A stretch of DNA of 32,000 nt, taken from positions 150,001 to 182,000 of the forward strand of contig NC_014148.1 of the NCBI RefSeq assembly GCF_000092105.1, read 5' to 3'. Made by a program: the position numbers and the translations under genes. How positions within the stretch are numbered: the first letter of the stretch is position 1; the number at the start of each line of letters is the position of its first letter. The stretch is from Planctopirus limnophila DSM 3776. GTDB lineage: Bacteria > Planctomycetota > Planctomycetia > Planctomycetales > Planctomycetaceae. The notes under the pieces were generated by a model. It did not search any database and was not told the origin of the DNA. It was given only the letters and a program-made list of their open reading frames with translations. Shown one piece after another: positions 17,574-26,474 of this stretch.

Positions 17574-18923
17574 ATGCGTGTTTTTCCGTTGATTGGCTAT
17601 CTGTGGTTGGTGGTTGCCCCGGTTCTCGCGGAGGACAAAACTTCTGACCGCGTGGCGGATGTGGTGGCGGTGCCGGGGTGTGTGGCGGTTTGGGATTTTG
17701 TGAAGCGGGAACCGGGGGGTGAGCGGCGGTTTCTGGCGCATGTGCCTGCCTTCGGCAGGCCTGCGGGGGGAAAGACGGGTGGCGGGAATACGGAGAAGGT
17801 AGCGGCGGCGGGAGATGCAGTGCCGAACGAGTATCCGCTGGATGCCGGGAACTATGTGCGGGATTTCTGGGGAAGCGGGCGGGAAGCCACTTATGCGGAC
17901 TTTCCACTTTTGGGCCGGGGGCCTTTCGGCAATGCGATCCAGATTCGACAGGAGACCGATCCCGATTTTCGCCCCCTGTTGTTCGTTCCCCGCGAACGGC
18001 TGCACGATACGCCTCTCGATATCAAAGGTGCCGGAAAATCGGTGACCGTCGTTGTCTGGGCCATTCGTGAAAGTGGTAACCATGCCCTGGCCGGGATCTG
18101 GCACGAGGGAACCGACCTCAAGCAGGAAAGTACGGCTGGCATTCAGAAGGTGCAGCGTGGGCAAAGGCAGTATGCCCTTTTTGCCGGTCTCAATAAGGAA
18201 GGCTCTGCCTGTGGGCATGTTTCCGAGAATGGGGCGAGTTCGTTCCTGAATCGTTACGCCCTGCACAAGTGCAACTCGGCAGAGGTCTCGCCCAAAGTTC
18301 CGGCCAACGCTCCCCCAGAAAAGCTGGACGCCGCCTGGCAATGTTTTGCCATGACCTTCGACCACGAGAAGGATCAACTGACGGGCTGGCTCAATGGGCA
18401 TGCCGGTGATCGCTGGCTGGAGAATCCGCAGAAGGACAACCTGCTCTCTTATGCAGCCAACGCGTGGAAGCAGGGGCACTTGCGGCGTGAAGAAGGCCTT
18501 CAACCAGGCGAAGACCCGAACTTCCCCGCTGACCAGTTTTACAACCCGCCCGAAGAGACACCTGTTGCTCCCAAGGTTTTGAGTGAAAACGATGTCGAGC
18601 GAATCGAACTTCGGGAATATGGCTACACCAAAATGAAGGTCACGCTGCGTAAAGCTGGTGATGAGTGGAAACTGGCGGAACGTGAGCTGGTCGCTTTGAG
18701 ACTCAATCCGTGGTGGTATCCCCATGATCTGTACACACCGGCTAACGATGGCAGTGGTGGGCCCTTCACCATTGGCCGGGTGATCCATAGTTCAAGGAGT
18801 GTCGGCTTTACGGGCTGGATTGGCGGCGTCGCCGTCTTCGACCGGGCACTGAGTGAAGCAGAACTGAAAAAGCTGACCGAGCTGGGAAGAAAGCCAGTGA
18901 GTACAGTTCCGAGTGGGTCGTAG
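17574..18923 (+). CDS. secreted LamG (concanavalin A-like lectin/glucanase) domain protein
   Basis: Start preferred at ATG 17574, giving a signal-like N-terminus MRVFPLIGYLWLVVAPVLAEDK. The C-terminus FTGWIGGVAVFDRALSEAELKKL is the typical Laminin_G_3 ending, and an internal LTGWLNGH motif is present. The ORF track start at 17451 is probably upstream read-through. Confidence 0.7.
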   Translation: MRVFPLIGYLWLVVAPVLAEDKTSDRVADVVAVPGCVAVWDFVKREPGGERRFLAHVPAFGRPAGGKTGGGNTEKVAAAGDAVPNEYPLDAGNYVRDFWGSGREATYADFPLLGRGPFGNAIQIRQETDPDFRPLLFVPRERLHDTPLDIKGAGKSVTVVVWAIRESGNHALAGIWHEGTDLKQESTAGIQKVQRGQRQYALFAGLNKEGSACGHVSENGASSFLNRYALHKCNSAEVSPKVPANAPPEKLDAAWQCFAMTFDHEKDQLTGWLNGHAGDRWLENPQKDNLLSYAANAWKQGHLRREEGLQPGEDPNFPADQFYNPPEETPVAPKVLSENDVERIELREYGYTKMKVTLRKAGDEWKLAERELVALRLNPWWYPHDLYTPANDGSGGPFTIGRVIHSSRSVGFTGWIGGVAVFDRALSEAELKKLTELGRKPVSTVPSGS

Positions 18924-18925
18924 GG

Positions 18926-19525
18926 GTGCCGGTCATGTGGACTGCTGTTGTAGAACCGCTGAAAGGTGAAGCGGGGTTTCGCTGTTCACTTAGCAAGGCG
19001 GGTGCAGTGGGCACCTGGAGAGAGGTTGCGACGGCACTGGCCTGTGATCTCGGTTGTCGTCGATTGCTCAATCACACCTTGGCAGAAATTCCCTGCGTGG
19101 CGTTTCGTTGGGAGTGCCCGGCACTGACCCGCAACAGATTTGATCAACCTTTCGAGTGTGTGATTCTGGAAGATCGGAGCCTGCATCGAACGCCGGACAA
19201 TTCGCCCTTTGCGAGTTACTTGAAGCAGTGCCAGACACAGGTGGCTGTCTTCGACAATCTGGGAGGTGACGCAACGCTCGTTGTGCCCACAATGGCGACG
19301 GACACGAATGCCTATGGTCATCTGGCTTCGTTCGTGCGGCTGGCACCCGAAAACCAGCAGAATGAACTGTGGCAAAGGGTCGGTGAAACCCAATTGCGAA
19401 AGGTGGGGGCAGCCCCCGTCTGGTTGAATACGGCCGGTGCGGGCATCGCCTGGCTGCATGTCCGCGTCGATTCGCGTCCTAAGTATTATCATTACGGGCC
19501 ATACCGCCAGGAAAAGGTGGGTTAA
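18926..19525 (+). CDS. conserved hypothetical protein, probably co-transcribed with the LamG gene
   Basis: 199-aa ORF starting at GTG 18926 (or ATG 18935), 2 nt after the LamG stop. It looks globular, not low-complexity (VFDNLGGDATLVVPT ... WLNTAGAGIAWLHVRVDSRPKYYHYGPY). I cannot place it in a family from memory. Confidence 0.55.
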   Translation: MPVMWTAVVEPLKGEAGFRCSLSKAGAVGTWREVATALACDLGCRRLLNHTLAEIPCVAFRWECPALTRNRFDQPFECVILEDRSLHRTPDNSPFASYLKQCQTQVAVFDNLGGDATLVVPTMATDTNAYGHLASFVRLAPENQQNELWQRVGETQLRKVGAAPVWLNTAGAGIAWLHVRVDSRPKYYHYGPYRQEKVG

Positions 19526-19654
19526 CCGGGCGCCAGCATTTTCTCCGTTGAGAATTCGTCTGGAGGTGGATCGCCTTTTCGGCTATTTCTGTGCCAGTTT
19601 GATTCAGTGCGGGGCCGAAGAGAAAATCCCGGGAACTGACATGGAGGTCGGTTT

Positions 19655-20845
19655 GTGAGCCCATGGAAACATGTCCGTTTGATCCAGGCACTGGCCTTCT
19701 GGGGGCTGAGTTGCGGATTCATCCTTACCAGTGGCTGGGCCGCCTGGCAGTTTGCAAAGCCCGGCACACTCGTCGAATGGGGCTTCGTGCCCACGGGCGA
19801 GTTAATCGGTGCCGAAACTCCACCTGAGACACCCGTCCCGTACAAACCACTTCCTCAGGCTGAAGCGACGGCTCCTTTCGCGAGCTTACCCCACGTTCCC
19901 GGTGCTGCTGAGGCGACGCCTGAAGGCACTGCCCTCATGACGGCGGTCGGTGAACAAGAGCATCTGCAGCATTCGCAACTTGGTCTGGCCTCTGAGAGGA
20001 TGTCTGGGACCCAGGAGGCAATGCCGGGCAATCTCCATGAGATTCCCAGACGGTACCAGCGAAAACCTCTCAGTCGCGACCAGCTTTCCAGCTCGTTGGT
20101 GCAGCAGGTCAGTTTTCAACCGCCAGCCGAAGATCTCACGGCACAGATCTCCGACAGCCTCACAACGTCTCTGGCAGAGGTTGATGGTTTGCTGAAGGCG
20201 GGTGAGACACTCAAGGCCCACAAAAAGCTCTCACAGCTTTACTGGAGTGAACCGGCCAGCCGACCTGTTTTTCAGCAGCGCATCGAAGCCACAGCGCAGG
20301 TGATCTTTGAGCAAGCCGAGCCGCATTTTGTCCCGGCCTACACCATTCAGCCTGGTGACCAGCTTCGAAAAATTGCCGGCGAGCACAAGCTCTCGTGGGA
20401 GTACCTCGCCCGGCTCAATCGCATCGACCCCAGGCGACTGCAAGCCGGTAAGAAGCTGAAGGTCATTCGTGGCCCCTTCTCGGCTCATGTCTCGTTATCG
20501 CGATTTGAGCTTACCATTCACCTGCAGAGCTATTTCGTCAAGAAGTACAGCGTCGGCATCGGGAAGGATCGATCGTCACCACAAGGGAAACTGGCTGTTC
20601 TCGAAAAGATTGCGGATCCGCAGTACACAGATCCTGAAGGCCGGGTGATTGAAGGGAAAGACCCACGAAATCCCTTAGGCCCCCGCTGGCTTGATCTGGG
20701 CAACAGCTACGGAATTCACGGCACCATTGAGCCCGAAAGCATTGGTAAAGCCGCTTCGAGAGGCTGCATTCGCCTGCAAAACGACGACGCGATCGAAGTC
20801 TACGACTTCCTCGTCAAGGGCTCAGAAGTCGTCATCGAACCGTGA
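19655..20845 (+). CDS. LysM domain-containing L,D-transpeptidase (YkuD family)
   Basis: GTG start with GGAGG 7 nt upstream. N-terminal TM. LysM segment YTIQPGDQLRKIAGEHKLSWEYLARLNRI ... LQAGKKLKV. YkuD catalytic motif YGIHGT ... ASRGCIRL. Confidence 0.85.
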   Translation: MSPWKHVRLIQALAFWGLSCGFILTSGWAAWQFAKPGTLVEWGFVPTGELIGAETPPETPVPYKPLPQAEATAPFASLPHVPGAAEATPEGTALMTAVGEQEHLQHSQLGLASERMSGTQEAMPGNLHEIPRRYQRKPLSRDQLSSSLVQQVSFQPPAEDLTAQISDSLTTSLAEVDGLLKAGETLKAHKKLSQLYWSEPASRPVFQQRIEATAQVIFEQAEPHFVPAYTIQPGDQLRKIAGEHKLSWEYLARLNRIDPRRLQAGKKLKVIRGPFSAHVSLSRFELTIHLQSYFVKKYSVGIGKDRSSPQGKLAVLEKIADPQYTDPEGRVIEGKDPRNPLGPRWLDLGNSYGIHGTIEPESIGKAASRGCIRLQNDDAIEVYDFLVKGSEVVIEP

Positions 20846-21079
20846 TTTGCCATTTCAGCACTGGGCATACACGAGGTGCTGAGGAACACTTTTGTGTTCA
20901 GATGGCAGAAGAATCATTTGAGGCGGTCAAACTCTGCCAAAGCCATACGATCGAGCAGGAATGACTGATTGATCGCTGAGGTATCTTCCAAACAAGAGCC
21001 TCAGATCAAGTCGCTCAGTCGCCAAATCATGCCAACTTGGATACGCTCCACCAGACATTGATTTTCTGGAAGAGCCCTT

Positions 21080-21760
21080 ATGAAGCGACCTGCGCGAACT
21101 CAATCCCCTGCCTCTGCCGATTCCTCTGCCGCTGAGCAGGCGGAAGGTGAACTGCTCGAAGAAGAACTCCTGGAAGCCACTCCTCTGCCGGAACTTTACG
21201 GGGAAGTGACGCTTCCTGAAGGGAGCGACCAGCACTTTCAATGGCAGTTGGTGCGGCTGCCGACAGTCTGGCTGATGGGCTATGAAATCTCGGCCGCGGA
21301 CGAACCCTTGGCGCTCGAAACTCAGCTTCAAAGTGCCCTGCGTGAATTTCTCTCGAAACAACTGCTCCGGCGAATTCCCGGCCAGCAGACGGATCGCGTG
21401 ATCTGCCTTGCCTGGACAGCCAGGGCCAGCGAGTCAGAAGCTCTCCTCGAGAAAAAAATCCTGATTGGTGCCGAGGTCGATGCTGAGACGCCGATCCCTC
21501 AGGGAATGGCCAAGTGGGCCTTCTCGAGGGGGACCTCAGTCGTCATGTCACAACAAGCTGGTGCAGAACCTGTCGAGCCGGCCGTCTCCAGTTCGGCCAT
21601 CGAAGTTAAACCCGTCTGCCTGCAGCATGCAGGTATGTTTCCACAATGGCTCGCTCAGCAGGAATCACTGACCTGGCGCGAAGGGCCGCTCTTCGAACGG
21701 CACGATCTTAATTCCCCCGGCGAAGCCAAAATCTTCCTCCCCGTTCGCCTGAAAAACTAA
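21080..21760 (+). CDS. hypothetical protein, possibly a GyrI-like small-molecule-binding fold
   Basis: 226-aa ORF with an acidic N-terminus. The patterns VRLPTVWLMGYEI ..., IGAEVDAETPIPQGMAKWAF and PLFERHDL...EAKIFLPVR resemble the two-repeat GyrI-like/effector-binding layout. The assignment is weak. Confidence 0.45.
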   Translation: MKRPARTQSPASADSSAAEQAEGELLEEELLEATPLPELYGEVTLPEGSDQHFQWQLVRLPTVWLMGYEISAADEPLALETQLQSALREFLSKQLLRRIPGQQTDRVICLAWTARASESEALLEKKILIGAEVDAETPIPQGMAKWAFSRGTSVVMSQQAGAEPVEPAVSSSAIEVKPVCLQHAGMFPQWLAQQESLTWREGPLFERHDLNSPGEAKIFLPVRLKN

Positions 21761-21840
21761 ACCTTGAGCCGTCCTCCAGCCTTAACCTGACCTGCGAATT
21801 GTTTGTTCTGGCATGCTCATTCATGAGTGGAAAATCAACT

Positions 21841-22326
21841 ATGGAAACAATGATTACCTCTGCCCAGATTGACGCCTATGTGGCTGGTGGTGCGAAGCTG
21901 ATCGCTGCCTTCGATGGTTTAACCAAGGCCGATCTGCAGGCGGTCCCAGTCCCAGGAACCTGGAGCCTGCAACAGATTGCGACACACATTTACGATAGTG
22001 ATCTGATCGGAACAGATCGCATGAAGCGGATAGCGGCCATGCCCAACCCGCTGATCTGTGCGTACGATGAATCGGCCTTCAATACCTTGCCAGGCATGGA
22101 AGCGATTGATGCTCTGGCAGCCTGCAAAGCTGTTGCGAACAATCGGCAGTTCATGGCCGAACATCTGCGGCGATTCTCTCCCGAAATGTTTGCCCGGACG
22201 GGGATTCATACCGAAGTAGGCAAGGTGTCGCTGGCAGATCAGGTCATCAAGTACATTCACCATCTGGAGCATCATCTGAAGTTCGCTCTGCAAAAGAGAG
22301 CACTTCTGGGTAAGCCACTGGCATGA
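21841..22326 (+). CDS. DinB-family (DinB_2-like) metal-dependent four-helix-bundle protein
   Basis: WSLQQIATHIYDSD and YIHHLEHHLKF match the His-triad pattern of the DinB superfamily. Start preferred at ATG 21841 (METMIT); the track start at 21799 is a TTG. Confidence 0.7.
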   Translation: METMITSAQIDAYVAGGAKLIAAFDGLTKADLQAVPVPGTWSLQQIATHIYDSDLIGTDRMKRIAAMPNPLICAYDESAFNTLPGMEAIDALAACKAVANNRQFMAEHLRRFSPEMFARTGIHTEVGKVSLADQVIKYIHHLEHHLKFALQKRALLGKPLA

Positions 22327-22486
22327 TGAGTATGAACTGGTTGTGACAAGCTTGCCGCTTGATGCTGTTCAAGACATCCAGCCTGGCCACCCTGTGAAGG
22401 CCACGCCCTTTCGCAAAGCCTGCAGGGCCGTGCCACACAGTGAGAGCGAATAACGCAATCGCTGCATGAGATAGAGAGCCGCACGA

Positions 22487-23320
22487 TCATTCACCCTGGC
22501 ACATTTCATCGAGGGCCATGAGGTACGCGATCACTTCTTCGACTTCTGGCACCTGAGCACCGGCCACCCGTCCCTCGCGATCGGCACGGGCCAGTTCGAC
22601 GAGCAGGTCGAAATCGGGATGTTTACGAAGCGATTGCGGGAAGCGGCCTTGCCTTAAGCCGGCCGTTGCCACGGGCCGTTGTTCGATGAACCAGCGCGTT
22701 CGTTCGGAAAGCCATTCGCCCAGCACATCAAAGGTGGAAAGAATCGGTTGCCTGGGATTGATCGTCAGTCCCACGTCATGGAGCAGGCAGGCTATCAGAA
22801 ACTCTTCATCGTAAGGCTCGATGGAGCGCCCAATTTCAAAGACCTGCAGCGAATGATAAAGGGCATCCCCTTCCGGATGCTCGATCGAATCGAGCCTGAC
22901 GGACTCCAATCGATAGAGCACGTTCGCGAGCCGGATGTAGAAATCGGCAGTCGATGGTTCAGGATCAACGTGAGTGGCAGCGGCGACGCCATCTGGCTGG
23001 ATGGAGTTTTCTGCAGGTGGCGAAGTGAAATCCTCCGGGCAGATTTTGGAACTGGTCGTTGCCTGTTCGGCGAATGAGGGGTGCCCGGCACTATCGAGCT
23101 GGAGTGGCTTCAGCAGCAGGTCGATTTCCTGCTGAATTTCCTGATTGGATGGCTGGTGGGCGGCTGTCAATCGCTGTGTCGAGAGGGATCGCGCAGCCCG
23201 TTTCCGTGCAGTTGAGAAATTCTGCACCTTTCCGCGGACGAGTAATCGAGCGGCTTCGCGAGCCAGTTCGGCTCGCAGGATTCCGGGATCATCCTCTGAT
23301 GAAAATCGCCGTGTCGGCAT
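22487..23320 (-). CDS. HD domain-containing phosphohydrolase-like protein
   Basis: 277-aa ORF. HSLQVFEIGR ... FLIACLLHDVGL matches the H...HD signature. The N-terminal roughly 120 aa are unassigned. Confidence 0.7.
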   Translation of the reverse strand: MPTRRFSSEDDPGILRAELAREAARLLVRGKVQNFSTARKRAARSLSTQRLTAAHQPSNQEIQQEIDLLLKPLQLDSAGHPSFAEQATTSSKICPEDFTSPPAENSIQPDGVAAATHVDPEPSTADFYIRLANVLYRLESVRLDSIEHPEGDALYHSLQVFEIGRSIEPYDEEFLIACLLHDVGLTINPRQPILSTFDVLGEWLSERTRWFIEQRPVATAGLRQGRFPQSLRKHPDFDLLVELARADREGRVAGAQVPEVEEVIAYLMALDEMCQGE

Positions 23321-23404
23321 GATGCGCCGCCCTGAAGGCGGATATTTGAGTGATGTGGAGGCTGCGAATTTCGAGAAATATCTTTGTTGGGTTTCGAGGA
23401 GTTG

Positions 23405-24763
23405 CTATTCGTGCCGGAGTGCTTCGATCGGATCCATGCGTGCTGCCGAACGTGCGGGGTAGATGCCGAAGATTACACCAATCCCGACGGAGATTCCAAA
23501 GGCAATCGGCAGACTCCAGAAAGCGATCTGTGGCCGCATATTTCCAAAGAGCTGGCTGATTTCGGACGTTCCTGAACTTCCCGAAAGCACCGCATTTTCC
23601 ACAATCCACTGGATCCCCATAAAAGCCAGTGGTGTGCACAGGCCCAGGCCGACACCCAATAACCCACCAGTCCCGGAAAGAACTATCGTCTCTGTCAGGA
23701 ACTGGCTGATGATATCGGATTGCCTGGCGCCCAGTGCCCGCCGGATGCCAATTTCGCGTGTTCGCTCGGTGACGGTGGCGAGCATGATATTCATGATCCC
23801 AATTCCGCCCACGACCAGACTGATGGCGGCAATCGAGCCCAGCACAATGTTGAAGATCTGCTTGATCTGCTCGGCCTGCTTCAGAAGTTCGAGAGGGACA
23901 ATCACATCGTAGTCGTTTTTGCCACGATGATTGCGCATGAGTGATTCCCGCACGACGTCGGCGGTGCGGACGACATCCTGTGTTTCTGCCACCTGCAGCG
24001 TGATCTGGTTGAGTTGCACTTCTTCAGCAGAGAATGAACCACTGAGTGCCGTAATCACGCGGTCACCAATTCGTGTCTGGAATGTCTTGAGCGGGATGTA
24101 GACGTCTTTGTTGAATTCCTGCCCGGACATACTGCCACCGATCGCAGCGGAAGCTGTTCGTGAGCGCGTAACGCCCACGACGGTGAACCGAAACGAACGC
24201 ATCAGAATAGTTTTGCCAACGGGGCTTTCATAGGGGAAGAGTCTGGCGGCGACTTCACTCCCGATGACAGCGACATTGGCCATCTCGCGTTCATCCTGAT
24301 CGGTGAGAAAGCGACCTTCAGCCATCTCCAGATGATTCATATCTTTGTAGCCTGTGGTCGTCGCGACCACGCGGGCGTTGATCGTATTCTGCAGATAACG
24401 TACTTCGGATTGGATTTCCCGAATCGCAATGGTGCTGGTGATTGTGGGAATCGTCTCCGACAGCAGTCGATAGTCGGCTCGCAAAAGCCCGTAGGCTAAT
24501 ACTGAAGGACCGCGACCTGACGATCTCGATGAGTTCGACGAAGAATCGGCGGGGGGCTTGACGCTCACCACAATGATGTTTGTCGCCCCCAGTTGACGCA
24601 CCTGAGCCTGCGCCTGAGCACTGGCCCCTTCGCCAATGGCGAGCATGGCAATCACAGAAAAGACCCCAAAGACAATACCGAGCATCGTCAGGCCCGACCG
24701 CAGCTTATGCAGCAGCAGGCTCTTAAGTGCCAGACGAACAGCGCGGATCGTATTAAAAAACAT
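23405..24763 (-). CDS. ABC transporter permease, MacB/FtsX family
   Basis: 452 aa. It has an N-terminal TM ([22 protein letters not shown]), a large extracytoplasmic domain, and a C-terminal FtsX-type TM bundle with [25 protein letters not shown]. Confidence 0.85.
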   Translation of the reverse strand: MFFNTIRAVRLALKSLLLHKLRSGLTMLGIVFGVFSVIAMLAIGEGASAQAQAQVRQLGATNIIVVSVKPPADSSSNSSRSSGRGPSVLAYGLLRADYRLLSETIPTITSTIAIREIQSEVRYLQNTINARVVATTTGYKDMNHLEMAEGRFLTDQDEREMANVAVIGSEVAARLFPYESPVGKTILMRSFRFTVVGVTRSRTASAAIGGSMSGQEFNKDVYIPLKTFQTRIGDRVITALSGSFSAEEVQLNQITLQVAETQDVVRTADVVRESLMRNHRGKNDYDVIVPLELLKQAEQIKQIFNIVLGSIAAISLVVGGIGIMNIMLATVTERTREIGIRRALGARQSDIISQFLTETIVLSGTGGLLGVGLGLCTPLAFMGIQWIVENAVLSGSSGTSEISQLFGNMRPQIAFWSLPIAFGISVGIGVIFGIYPARSAARMDPIEALRHE

Positions 24764-24835
24764 GAGGCCAAGGTTACCCGAATGTCGGTGATGATTGATT
24801 GAAGCTCGCTCTATCCAGTGCTATTGCATTAAATG

Positions 24836-26230
24836 CTAAGCCGAAAAAACTTCCTTGATGGGGCCGGTGCTGTCGCCGAACTGATTCACGGGGCAGCCCA
24901 TGCCATCGAGCATCGAAACATACAGATTGCACAGCGGAGTGCGTGGTGCACTGGCAATATGCTGCCCGCCGGCAAATCGTCCACCGGCATGGCCACCCAC
25001 GACAATCGGCAGGTTATCAGGCTGGTGCGCATTGCCATCGGCCATGCCGCATCCCAAAAGAATCATGGAGTTATCGAGCAACGTCGATTCTCCTTCCCGA
25101 ATCTGTGACATCCGCTCCAGCATCCGGCTGAACTGCGAAACATGCCAGCGATTGATCTTCTGGTACTGCTCGATCTTTTCGGGCTTGCCTTCGTGATGCG
25201 ATAGTTCATGGTGCGAACCGCGGACACCGTCGACAAACGAGAAGTTATGACCCGAAACATCATTGGCGAACATAAAGCTCGAAACCCGCGTGGAATCGGT
25301 CTGGAAGGCCAGAATCATCAGGTCGATCATCAGGCGGACATGCTCCTGATAATCTCGAGGTGCCCCGGGGGCTTCCATTTCGGCCTGAGGTGTTTCTGGA
25401 TGCCAGACTCGAGGATCAGGCTGTGTAAAAAACTCGATCCGCTTTTCGACAGCACGAACAGAATCAAGATATTCATCGAGTTTGAACTGGTCGTCGCGGC
25501 CCAGCTGTTGCCGCAATCGCCGGGCATCGGACATCGCGAAATCGAGCAGGCTTTTGCGGTCTGCATCACGTGATGAAGCCGCCTGGCCGCGATTCTTCCC
25601 TGCCTGCTGGACATTCATCAGCCGATCAAACACTGTTCTGGGATTGATTTCCTTGGCGACGGGTCGTTCGGCTGTCTGCCACGAAATGTGCGAACCATAA
25701 AGTCGGGTGTAACCGACATTCGAATCGATCCCGGAAATGACGGGATCAATGCCTAATTCAAGTGACGGAAGTGGGGTCAAATGCCCCACCTGCTTGGCCA
25801 TGTACTGATCGAGTGAAACTCCACCTGTGCTGATGTTTTTGCCGGTGGTTTTTTCGACCCGCAGGCCTGTGAGGAAGTTGGCTGTTTTCGCGTAATGGCC
25901 ATCCCCTTCATGGCTGTGCCGCTTGTCGAGTTGAGAGAGAATTGTGACGTGCTCTTTGAGGTTTGTCAGCGGCTGCAACGAATCGGGCAGTTCGAAATCT
26001 TTCCCAGATTGTTTAGGAATCCAGGCATCCTTCCAGACACCATTGGGGAAGAACAGGCAGCCAAATCGAACAGGAGCATACTTTCCCGCCTCAAGTGCAT
26101 CTGCCGGGGTCGTCAACTCAGCCGCTTTGACAGGCGAACCCATCGCTTCCAGCCACGGCAAAGCCACAGCCACACCGGCACCTCGCAAAAACGTGCGACG
26201 AGGAATTGACCAACGGGAGGTATGAGGCAT
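24836..26230 (-). CDS. DUF1501 domain-containing protein (sulfatase-like fold, Tat-type signal)
   Basis: 464 aa with RRTFLRGAGVAVALPWLEA at the N-terminus. Length, motifs and position downstream of a PSCyt/DUF1592 gene are typical of the planctomycete DUF1501 family. Confidence 0.88.
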   Translation of the reverse strand: MPHTSRWSIPRRTFLRGAGVAVALPWLEAMGSPVKAAELTTPADALEAGKYAPVRFGCLFFPNGVWKDAWIPKQSGKDFELPDSLQPLTNLKEHVTILSQLDKRHSHEGDGHYAKTANFLTGLRVEKTTGKNISTGGVSLDQYMAKQVGHLTPLPSLELGIDPVISGIDSNVGYTRLYGSHISWQTAERPVAKEINPRTVFDRLMNVQQAGKNRGQAASSRDADRKSLLDFAMSDARRLRQQLGRDDQFKLDEYLDSVRAVEKRIEFFTQPDPRVWHPETPQAEMEAPGAPRDYQEHVRLMIDLMILAFQTDSTRVSSFMFANDVSGHNFSFVDGVRGSHHELSHHEGKPEKIEQYQKINRWHVSQFSRMLERMSQIREGESTLLDNSMILLGCGMADGNAHQPDNLPIVVGGHAGGRFAGGQHIASAPRTPLCNLYVSMLDGMGCPVNQFGDSTGPIKEVFSA

Positions 26231-26474
26231 GGGATTTACTCCGGCGGGTAGACGATGGAGATTACGTTTGATCAGAACAAACGGGTGCTTCCATCGGGCA
26301 GGTAACTAAGGTACTGGTATTATTTTACGGACAATTTGCTGGTTGTTGGGAAGTGGCGAGAACTCCAGACCCTCTGGCGGTACAGACTTCAGGTTCTTGA
26401 TATTCTATGCCAGTGGGATCGGCAATCGCTTACCGATTTAACCGTTGTGGTTCACAAAATGATCGATTTATCGT

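Noticed and set aside
17562-18788. 408-aa minus-strand ORF antisense to the LamG gene
   Set aside because: The translation is Pro/Arg/Gly-rich and of low complexity, with no motifs. The plus-strand frame has a signal peptide and clear LamG C-terminal motifs. Long antisense ORFs are expected at this GC content.
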